Shown in pieces: positions 1 through 5,741 of a stretch of DNA of 8,805 nt. Location: IMG/VR virus record IMGVR_UViG_2671180809_000010; one strand, given 5' to 3'. A model generated the notes under the pieces. The model saw only the letters and a program-made list of their open reading frames with translations. It searched no databases and was not told the DNA's origin. This DNA comes from a virus. Its lineage: Duplodnaviria > Heunggongvirae > Uroviricota > Caudoviricetes. The stretch's first letter is position 1, and the number at the start of each line of letters is the position of its first letter. The translations under genes and the position numbers were made by a program.

Positions 1-558
1 CTAGATGGTGCTGCAACTGAGCATGACACGCTGTTACCACGATTCACCGATGATATAAGCCGTCAATCATGGGTTAGTGAAAAGGTCTTCTGTAACCTGC
101 CGTACAGCGATATTCCGTCGTTCCTCTTAAAAGCGTCTGAAGCGGATTTAGTAGCTTTCCTGATACCGCATAGAGCCAACACCAGCTACTGGCTTAGGCA
201 CATTTACAGCAATAACCACTGTCATGAAATCCGTATTCTTCATCGTGCAGTTAAATACCTTCCACCAGCAGGCCATAACGGGCTTACTATTCGTTCACCG
301 TTTCCTAGTGCAGTCGTTGTTTTTAAAAAAGAACCACGTAAGCACGAAATTACACAGACGGTTTGCTGTGGTGACACGCTATTACCGTTAACCATCATTA
401 ACAGAGGAGGCTTGAGAGGAAGACCCACCATTTACCCACCTGAGACGCTCGACAGCTTCATAAAACTATACAGGCAAGGAAAACCCATTAAGTGCATTGC
501 AGATGCTCTCAGAATGCCTCTGAGCACGTCATACAGGATTGCTCAAAGGTTGAGCTAA
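1..558 (+). CDS. DNA N6-adenine methyltransferase, phage Dam family, 5'-truncated by the window edge, with C-terminal helix-turn-helix extension
   Basis: Frame-1 translation is open from position 1 to TAA at 556-558: ...RFTDDISRQSWVSEKVFCNLPYS...HRANTSYWLRH...GLTIRSPFPSAVVVFKK...GRPTIYPPETLDSFIKLYRQGKPIKCIADALRMPLSTSYRIAQRLS. The (D/N)PPY-type motif position reads NLPY (94-105), and a PFPS-type motif follows, as in phage Dam-family methyltransferases (Pfam PF05869-like, by recall). The last ~45 residues look like a resolvase/Hin-type HTH. Confidence 0.7.
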   Translation, partial: LDGAATEHDTLLPRFTDDISRQSWVSEKVFCNLPYSDIPSFLLKASEADLVAFLIPHRANTSYWLRHIYSNNHCHEIRILHRAVKYLPPAGHNGLTIRSPFPSAVVVFKKEPRKHEITQTVCCGDTLLPLTIINRGGLRGRPTIYPPETLDSFIKLYRQGKPIKCIADALRMPLSTSYRIAQRLS

Positions 559-1116
559 AATTCTCATAAATATGGTCATTTAAATGATATAAGCCGTCAA
601 TCATGGGTTAGTGAAAAGGTCTTCTGTAACCCGCCGTACAGCGATATTCCGTCGTTCCTCTTAAAAGCGTCTGAAGCGGATTTAGTAGCTTTCCTGATAC
701 CGCATAGAGCCAACACCAGCTACTGGCTTAGGCACATTTACAGCAATAACCACTGTCATGAAATCCGTATTCTTCATCGTGCAGTTAAATACCTTCCACC
801 AGCAGGGCATAACAGGCTTACTATTAGGTCACCGTTTCCAAGTGCAGTCGTTGTTTTTAAAAAAGAACCACGTAAGCATGAAATTACACAGATGGTTTGC
901 TGTGCTGATACATTGCTACCGTTAACCATCATTAACCGTGGTGGACTAAGAGGAAGACCCACCATTTACCCACCTGAGACGCTCGACAGCTTCATAAAAC
1001 TATACAGGCAAGGAAAACCCATTAAGTACATTGCAGATGCTCTCAGAATGCCTCTGAGCACGTCATACAGGATTGCTCAAAGGTTGAGCTAAAATTCTCA
1101 TAAATATGGTCATTTA
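50..1116. repeat. Tandem direct duplication, two units of about 534 bp (50-583 and 584-1116)
   Basis: Second unit repeats the first with the same phase (534 = 178 codons). About twenty substitutions, clustered at 268-420 versus 802-954; the rest is near-identical. Confidence 0.9.
559..1092 (+). pseudogene. Duplicated 3' fragment of the methyltransferase gene, no start codon for the methyltransferase portion
   Basis: Frame is open from the TAA at 556-558 to TAA at 1090-1092 and encodes ...VFCNPPYS... (NPPY at 628-639) plus the same HTH tail. No ATG/GTG/TTG in frame before ATG 892. The ORF track calls only 892-1092 (66 aa, HTH portion), with no obvious SD. Confidence 0.5.
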
Positions 1117-1169
1117 CAAGACAGGTGATTCAGATGTTAAGAAGTATCCCTGTGAACAATAAATGACCA
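1107..1169. repeat. 10-bp perfect inverted repeat TGGTCATTTA / TAAATGACCA (1107-1116 and 1160-1169)
   Basis: Read directly. The left arm is the last 10 bp of the duplicated unit and also occurs at 573-582, at the junction of the two copies. Confidence 0.6.
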
Positions 1170-1180
1170 ATCAGTAATTA

Positions 1181-1210
1181 TTCTGTGAAATAATTGTTGC
1201 AATTTATAAT
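1181..1210 (+). promoter_or_regulatory. Candidate sigma70-type promoter upstream of the replication gene
   Basis: Perfect -10 TATAAT at 1205-1210 with a weak -35 TTCTGT at 1181-1186 (18-bp spacer). A second candidate is TTGACA at 1292-1297 with TATTCA at 1314-1319. Both are consensus matches only. Confidence 0.25.
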
Positions 1211-1474
1211 CACATCTGTTATAGTTTTTATATGGGGTGATAAAAGAACTCAGAACATTAAGAGGTTACAACGTTGGGAGGCGTCAGGGTATTGACAGAT
1301 TTTCACGGCCTCTTATTCAATCAAGGCTTTTCCTTTTGCTGTTAATACTCGCGTAATCGCTCAGGCTTCTGAGTTCCTTTATCAGTCCATCTTCTAATTA
1401 ATTCACTCCCTCTGGGGTTGGTCACTATACGTGGTCAGCCCTTTCTTTGTTTTATTTTTAAAAAGGAAAATATA

Positions 1475-2428
1475 ATGGAAAAATTCCACATGTTTGATGA
1501 CCGTATTTATCAGATGACTAATGGCGTTAAAGCTGCCGACCGTATTATTTACACTGTCATGTTGAATGAACAAAAGTTTTATCACGATAAGGGGCAATAT
1601 TATACCCCTTCATATGCTCATCTTGGTCAGTATGCTGGAATCACAAGAACATCCGTGATTGCATGTATGAAACAACTTGAGGCACATGGTTTAATCAAGA
1701 AAACTAACGTTGCAAGCAATCAGTGTGTTATTAAAGTTTATTCACTTGATGAAGTACCGGAGGTTTTAACAGAGCTTACAGCTAAGGAAGCCAGAAAGGC
1801 AAAGCTGGAGTCTAAAGTTACTCAGTCAGTCAAGAAAGATGACCCACTGAGTCAAAATTCTTTACCCACTGAGTCAAAATTTTTTACTCAGTCAGTCAAA
1901 ATCTTTGACACGTATAATAACAGTAATAACAAGAAAGAACTTATTAATAACAATAAAGAAGATGACTTTGAAGAAGAATATTTTAAGAAGGGAGCTTCGC
2001 TCTGTGATTCACATGAATGTGATTCTCTTGGTATTGAAGAGGCTATTAAAGAGACTGTTAAAACATCTGACTTAGATGACCTTGATAGTGAAGCTGCTAA
2101 AGAGGTCGTTAAAAAGGAAGATAAAATCTCTGATGTGATTGCTAGTAGTGACCATAAAAACACACAGTGCCCCGCCACTGATGATGAATTACCGGATGTT
2201 GACCTTGATGATGAAGAAGACCCTGAAAAGGAATTGAAACGTGAACAGCGTAAAGCAGAAATTAAAGAAAGATTCAGAAATGCGAAGCTAAAGAACAAGG
2301 TTAGTGACCTCGATGACTTTGATGATAGTGACGATGATTTTACTTTTACACCAAAAAAGAAAACTCACACCGAGCCAAAGAAAGAAAAAGTTAAAGTCAG
2401 ACGTGTTTATGGTGGAGGAATGTTTTAA
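1475..2428 (+). CDS. Replication initiator / replisome organiser-like protein (winged-helix N-terminus, acidic low-complexity C-terminus)
   Basis: ATG 1475 is preceded by AAGGA (1463-1467) at 7-nt spacing, preferred over the TTG at 1418 of the ORF track. N-terminal ~95 aa (...YAHLGQYAGITRTSVIACMKQLEAHGLIKK...) resemble HTH_36-type replication-protein DNA-binding domains. The C-terminal two-thirds are D/E/K-rich. Iteron-like repeats lie inside the gene. Confidence 0.6.
   Translation: MEKFHMFDDRIYQMTNGVKAADRIIYTVMLNEQKFYHDKGQYYTPSYAHLGQYAGITRTSVIACMKQLEAHGLIKKTNVASNQCVIKVYSLDEVPEVLTELTAKEARKAKLESKVTQSVKKDDPLSQNSLPTESKFFTQSVKIFDTYNNSNNKKELINNNKEDDFEEEYFKKGASLCDSHECDSLGIEEAIKETVKTSDLDDLDSEAAKEVVKKEDKISDVIASSDHKNTQCPATDDELPDVDLDDEEDPEKELKREQRKAEIKERFRNAKLKNKVSDLDDFDDSDDDFTFTPKKKTHTEPKKEKVKVRRVYGGGMF
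1818..1899. repeat. Iteron-like direct repeats (putative replication origin) inside the initiator gene
   Basis: Identical 16-mer TTACTCAGTCAGTCAA at 1818-1833 and 1884-1899. Identical 18-mer ACCCACTGAGTCAAAATT at 1842-1859 and 1864-1881. The 18-mer pair is offset by 22 bp, so it sits in different reading frames and is conserved at the DNA level, not the protein level. The two repeat types share ACTCAGT in opposite orientation. Confidence 0.55.
1900..1985. other. AT-rich tract next to the iterons (candidate DNA-unwinding element)
   Basis: Sequence AATCTTTGACACGTATAATAACAGTAATAACAAGAAAGAACTTATTAATAACAATAAAGAAG... is markedly more A+T-rich than the flanking coding sequence. Confidence 0.4.
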
Positions 2429-2724
2429 TGAAAACTTATAATGGCGAGAGAAAATACCGTGACTATTTACTCAGACGTTACAGCATTTCTCGTGAAGGTT
2501 ACTTGATGAAAGATACTCACGGGGAAGTTTACCGGATTCGACCGAAGAAAGAAGGGAGGGATTATTATTTCGTCGATGATGTGACAGATTTAAAGATTGA
2601 CGCTTTGAAGTTTGCGGTGCTGTATCATTACGATTTATGGGATTCAGTCCACCAGCTACGATTAAAAGACGGTGACCCCGGTAATCTGAGGGCCACCAAT
2701 ATTATCAAGGGAAAGTGCCGGTAA
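2428..2724 (+). CDS. Hypothetical protein, 98 aa; weak resemblance to HNH_3/AP2-type small nuclease-like proteins
   Basis: ATG 2428 overlaps the upstream stop (TAATG). GGAGG at 2414-2418. The C-terminal ...VHQLRLKDGDPGNLRATNI... loosely recalls the H-x-DG-x-N-x-NL motif region of HNH_3 proteins; this is a weak, unverified match. Confidence 0.5.
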   Translation: MKTYNGERKYRDYLLRRYSISREGYLMKDTHGEVYRIRPKKEGRDYYFVDDVTDLKIDALKFAVLYHYDLWDSVHQLRLKDGDPGNLRATNIIKGKCR

Positions 2725-2733
2725 GGCCACCAG

Positions 2734-2910
2734 CTATTTATTTACTGAAATCTCTATCTCAACACGAAGAAGTTTAAGTCGAATTGTAAGCTTTGTCTTT
2801 TTTGTAATGACTCGATTCATAACGCAAAACACCAATAGCACAATAAATACCGCAAAGCCCAACGAGCTAAAACGATGAGATTCAATAATTGCTGTGAAAA
2901 AATCATGCAT
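2734..2910 (-). CDS. Small predicted single-pass membrane protein, 58 aa
   Basis: Minus-strand ATG at 2910 with AAAGGAAAA upstream; the ORF track starts at a GTG at 2940. MHDFFTAIIESHRFSSLGFAVFIVLLVFCVMNRVITKKTKLTIRLKLLRVEIEISVNK has one hydrophobic helix followed by a basic tail. It is the only opposite-strand gene in the window. Confidence 0.4.
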   Translation of the reverse strand: MHDFFTAIIESHRFSSLGFAVFIVLLVFCVMNRVITKKTKLTIRLKLLRVEIEISVNK

Positions 2911-2914
2911 TAAT

Positions 2915-2934
2915 TTTCCTTTTGTGAAAGGAAA
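2915..2934. promoter_or_regulatory. Perfect 8-bp inverted repeat TTTCCTTT-TGTG-AAAGGAAA over the RBS of the minus-strand gene
   Basis: Read directly. It lies in the divergent region between the minus-strand gene (start 2910) and the + strand gene starting at 3048. No T-tract follows on either strand, so it is not a typical intrinsic terminator. Confidence 0.4.
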
Positions 2935-3047
2935 CAGCACCTGTATCAGCCCCTACAACCATAGTATCATGTAAATGAGGTACTGACAATATGTTAAATA
3001 GATGTTAAGATTGTAGTATGAGTAAGAGATTTAAGGAGATTTTTACA

Positions 3048-3338
3048 ATGACTCACACAGTTACGCGCCTTTTGCCAGAGGCATTTGAACGACTGGCAGC
3101 AATCAAAGCCAAATATCCCGATATGAAGCACACAGCGCTTGTTGGGGAGATTTTAAAAGAGTCGGTAAACCTTAGCCCTTTCGATAACGTTAAGGGCGTC
3201 GCAGAGGGTTCTAAGGCCATCAGAATCACAACGGGCCAACTGGAACTACTCAAAGCACAGTCCGCAGTAGCAGGTTGCTCAATGATTCAGGTGTTAAGCG
3301 CTAAGGTCCATCAACTGGCGGATAGATTGGAGGTTTAA
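3048..3338 (+). CDS. Hypothetical protein, 96 aa, possible ribbon-helix-helix DNA-binding protein
   Basis: ATG 3048 has AAGGAG at 3033-3038 (9-nt spacer), preferred over ATG 3018, which has no SD. N-terminal TVTRLLPEAFERLAAIKAK has a strand-then-helix pattern like Arc/CopG proteins. Weak. Confidence 0.5.
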   Translation: MTHTVTRLLPEAFERLAAIKAKYPDMKHTALVGEILKESVNLSPFDNVKGVAEGSKAIRITTGQLELLKAQSAVAGCSMIQVLSAKVHQLADRLEV

Positions 3339-3559
3339 TGTGTTATAGGTTCCAATATTCCACACTTGGCCGCCACCTAATCAGACAGAATTTAGCAGAT
3401 GCTGAATTTGAAGATGTGACCCTCAAAGCAAACAAACGATTAAAACCCTCTCAAATCCACCAGCTTAAACACGAATTAAAGCCACTGGTAATACTCGACT
3501 ATAACGACCCTGAACAGCTTGAGCAGGGAATTAAGCTTATTTCTGAATGGGGTGCTTGA
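3338..3559 (+). CDS. Hypothetical protein, 73 aa
   Basis: ATG overlaps the upstream stop (TAATG at 3336-3340). GGAGG at 3329-3333. Confidence 0.5.
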   Translation: MCYRFQYSTLGRHLIRQNLADAEFEDVTLKANKRLKPSQIHQLKHELKPLVILDYNDPEQLEQGIKLISEWGA

Positions 3560-3774
3560 TGAAAACTATCACAGTACAACTTCAGACTAATAAAGCATTT
3601 CGTTATTTTGAAAACTTGCTTGAGTTATACGAAGGATGGGGAAGTATCCACGGCAAAGATGATATCTATCTTCACTTGTCAGCCCCTAACTATTCTCTGA
3701 AGACTCCGGTTAAGCAAAGCTGGTTAAAAGACTACGGTCACCAGATGGGGCTATTAGTCTCAGACTTGAGCTAA
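3559..3774 (+). CDS. Hypothetical protein, 71 aa (alternative start ATG 3547)
   Basis: ATG 3559 overlaps the upstream TGA (TGATG). The ORF track starts at 3547, which lacks an SD. Start choice is uncertain. Confidence 0.45.
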   Translation: MKTITVQLQTNKAFRYFENLLELYEGWGSIHGKDDIYLHLSAPNYSLKTPVKQSWLKDYGHQMGLLVSDLS

Positions 3775-3920
3775 AAACAGCAAAACATATCTCTCAGGCT
3801 TTACCAGACGCACCAGAAACGTTTTTAAGCCCCTAATCAGGGTAACTTAGGGAATCGCCTTAAGTGGTCTAAAAAAGGGGTTAAAACGTCTTAGAATGCG
3901 ATACAGGAAGGATTTTAAAA

Positions 3921-4226
3921 ATGAATTACCCAATGCAAATTATGGTTGACCAAGAAACCATGAATTGGTTGATTGACCTGAACAGGTCGGGCTTTAATAT
4001 CTATTTCATGCATTGTTTTGAAGCGTCAACGTATATTGACAAGCATATAATCAACGAAATTAAACTTGGTGACTATGTTCACAAGCTGGAAGTAACAGAC
4101 CCATACAATAAGCGCTTTATCATTGAAGAGTGCAATCGACTTGATTTAAGCCCTGAGCAATTATTGAAGCTGAATGTATTCTTGACCTATCAGAATGAAT
4201 TAAACCCTTACAGCGAGGTGATGTAA
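3921..4226 (+). CDS. Hypothetical protein, 101 aa
   Basis: AGGAAGGA at 3905-3912, 8 nt before ATG 3921. Clean ORF. Confidence 0.6.
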   Translation: MNYPMQIMVDQETMNWLIDLNRSGFNIYFMHCFEASTYIDKHIINEIKLGDYVHKLEVTDPYNKRFIIEECNRLDLSPEQLLKLNVFLTYQNELNPYSEVM

Positions 4227-4303
4227 TGACACTCGTTATTCTCTGGATGACTTTAGGGTTATTTGTTGGTTGCTGGGTAGGTAATACGGTAAATAAGAAT
4301 TGA
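4226..4303 (+). CDS. Possible small hydrophobic peptide, 25 aa (MTLVILWMTLGLFVGCWVGNTVNKN)
   Basis: ATG overlaps the upstream TAA (TAATG at 4224-4228). GAGGTG sits 6 nt upstream. Below the ORF-track size cutoff; coding status is speculative. Confidence 0.25.
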   Translation: MTLVILWMTLGLFVGCWVGNTVNKN

Positions 4304-4327
4304 TGTTACCAATCTGTTAAAAAGCTG

Positions 4328-4356
4328 TTGACAAATAACCTTAAGCATGAGATGAT
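4328..4356 (+). promoter_or_regulatory. Candidate sigma70-type promoter in the long intergenic region
   Basis: Perfect -35 TTGACA at 4328-4333, 17-bp spacer, -10-like GATGAT at 4351-4356. Consensus match only. Confidence 0.3.
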
Positions 4357-4364
4357 GGTAATAG

Positions 4365-4381
4365 GGAAGAGCAACTCTTCC
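4365..4381. repeat. 7-bp perfect inverted repeat GGAAGAG-CAA-CTCTTCC
   Basis: Read directly, just downstream of the candidate promoter. No T-tract follows. Confidence 0.5.
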
Positions 4382-4448
4382 TGAATTAAACTATTAATCA
4401 TTCTACATCAATGATAGTTATTCTGAAAGGTGCAATGCTTTTCGCTAC

Positions 4449-4478
4449 ATGACCTTTCAGGTTAGTCTGAGAGGTCAT
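4449..4478. repeat. 12-bp inverted repeat ATGACCTTTCAG-GTTAGT-CTGAGAGGTCAT (one mismatch)
   Basis: Read directly. No T-tract follows on either strand, so a protein-binding palindrome or RNA hairpin is more likely than an intrinsic terminator. Confidence 0.55.
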
Positions 4479-4504
4479 CTCGAAAAGTACTCTTGTTCAT
4501 TCGT

Positions 4505-4526
4505 TTGAATCCTTTTTGAATCCTTT
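4505..4526. repeat. Adjacent tandem 11-bp repeat TTGAATCCTTT x2
   Basis: Read directly at 4505-4515 and 4516-4526. Confidence 0.6.
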
Positions 4527-4701
4527 AGATGTTTTAATTTCTTCACCTTATGAATGGCCCTTTATAAGAAATTATCTAGGGCTATTCAGCTTTTAAAAAG
4601 CATACTTGGCAAACCGCCTTTTAAGTCTCTTCTAAGTTTAGATAGGCTGTCAGGTGTGCTTTTTAAAAACTGAAACACTTCCGCTTAGAAGAGGAAAAGC
4701 A

Positions 4702-5412
4702 ATGACAAATGATATTTACATTAATGGCAAAGTGATTGATAGCTTCAGTGACTGGTCGCCACAGACTGAACATCCAGCTATCACTATTCAGCGTAAAGAG
4801 CATGACAAGCGTATTGAGCTTGAGCAATCGCTAAAGATGTCACCAAAAACAACCATCTTTGTGTCTCCTGAGCCTCAAGAGATGCCTGATATTTGCAAGA
4901 GTGAAGCATTACTTGAGCTTGAAAAGAAATATTACCAACTGCTGAAAGAACAGCGCCTTAGATTAGATGACGCTTACAGCAAAGTTACCTTGATGCAATC
5001 AGCTATTGAGCCGTCAGAATTTGAGATTCAGGATGAATTGTCACAGAAACCATTTGTCTATTACCAATACGAAGATAATGATGGTTTTGGTACTTTTCAA
5101 GAAAACGTCGCAGCCGTGATTAGTAGTCTTCCTGCTGGACATCGAATTGTGAAGATGGTTAAGGCATCAAGAGGTGCTGGTCAGTTTATTTACATGACTA
5201 ATAAGAGCGATGAAGAACTCGCTGAAATTGCTAGACAGAACATCTTGGCATCACGTAACAAGCAACTTGATAATGTTAAGTTGTATCTCTCAAGAGAGCT
5301 TCAGGCTATGAAAGAGCTTGTGAAAGAATATGAAGATGCTAAGAAGATTGCTATGCAGGCTGATATTGAGCAGCTTACGAAGATTTCTAGCAAATATGCA
5401 AAGGCTATTTAA
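4702..5412 (+). CDS. Hypothetical protein, 236 aa
   Basis: ATG 4702 has GAGGA at 4691-4695 (6-nt spacer), preferred over the GTG at 4654 of the ORF track. Long clean ORF with no recognised domain. Confidence 0.65.
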   Translation: MTNDIYINGKVIDSFSDWSPQTEHPAITIQRKEHDKRIELEQSLKMSPKTTIFVSPEPQEMPDICKSEALLELEKKYYQLLKEQRLRLDDAYSKVTLMQSAIEPSEFEIQDELSQKPFVYYQYEDNDGFGTFQENVAAVISSLPAGHRIVKMVKASRGAGQFIYMTNKSDEELAEIARQNILASRNKQLDNVKLYLSRELQAMKELVKEYEDAKKIAMQADIEQLTKISSKYAKAI

Positions 5413-5436
5413 TTAATAATTAAAAGGTGGTGGTGA

Positions 5437-5643
5437 ATGATTGATTTAACAGAACGCTATGAGCTTATTAAAGCAATTAGTGAACGATTGAAAGAACAAC
5501 CCAACAAACCAAAACGAATCAAATCATTCACCTCCTCTAAGCAAAAGAATAGAATCAGGAAAATAGCTAAGTGGTGTCTTGATAAATTACCAAGTGATTG
5601 TCAGATTGTTGGTGAAGATGGTAATTATTATCTGGTTAGGTAA
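5437..5643 (+). CDS. Hypothetical basic protein, 68 aa
   Basis: AAGGTGG at 5424-5430, 6 nt before ATG 5437. Lys/Arg-rich. Confidence 0.55.
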   Translation: MIDLTERYELIKAISERLKEQPNKPKRIKSFTSSKQKNRIRKIAKWCLDKLPSDCQIVGEDGNYYLVR

Positions 5644-5741
5644 CAAGATTGGTTGGGTGAAAATCTACGGGAGAGATTATCGAGTGATATCGGTAGTCTT
5701 TCCCTTTTTCGTATATGAACACTTAAAGAGGTGAAACATGA

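Noticed and set aside
556-558. Stop-codon readthrough fusing the two in-frame methyltransferase copies
   Set aside because: The stop is TAA, the most efficient terminator, with no recognisable readthrough context. The in-frame arrangement is more simply explained by duplication of a whole number of codons.
240-965. Minus-strand 63-aa ORFs (240-431 and 774-965) inside the two methyltransferase repeat units
   Set aside because: They lie antisense to a + strand frame with recognisable methyltransferase motifs, have no SD and no recognisable features, and are duplicated only because the DNA is duplicated.
358-1092. HTH-containing ORF as an IS-element transposase or resolvase
   Set aside because: The HTH is the C-terminal tail of the methyltransferase frame. 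There is no DDE or serine-recombinase catalytic domain and no terminal inverted repeats around the unit, and the repeat is direct and tandem.
50-1116. CRISPR array or other short-period repeat array
   Set aside because: There are only two long units (about 534 bp) of coding sequence, with no short repeat-spacer periodicity anywhere in the window.
1418-1474. Upstream TTG start at 1418 for the initiator gene, and likewise GTG 4654 and ATG 3018 for later genes
   Set aside because: No Shine-Dalgarno precedes these codons, whereas the downstream ATGs (1475, 4702, 3048) each have an AGGA/GGAGG site at 6-9 nt spacing.
1403-2298. Minus-strand ORFs 1403-1597 and 1888-2298 (Ser/Leu-rich)
   Set aside because: They are antisense to the initiator gene. 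The Ser-rich 136-aa frame is the mirror image of the Asp/Glu-rich sense frame (GAN/GAR codons read as NTC/YTC), a known antisense artefact.
4449-4478. 12-bp-stem hairpin as a Rho-independent terminator
   Set aside because: No U-tract follows the stem on either strand. The same applies to the hairpins at 2915-2934, 4365-4381, 7935-7987 and 8018-8061.
4497-4530. tRNA-like T-arm (GTTTGAATCC resembles GTTCGAATCC) or a tRNA-derived attachment core
   Set aside because: No acceptor stem, D-arm or anticodon arm can be built around it. The match is explained by the tandem TTGAATCCTTT repeat, and no integrase is present in the window.
5412-5437. Lambda G/GT-style -1 programmed frameshift linking the 236-aa and 68-aa ORFs before the tape measure gene
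   Set aside because: The two ORFs do not overlap. They are separated by about 24 bp containing an independent SD, and no slippery heptamer was seen at the end of the first ORF.
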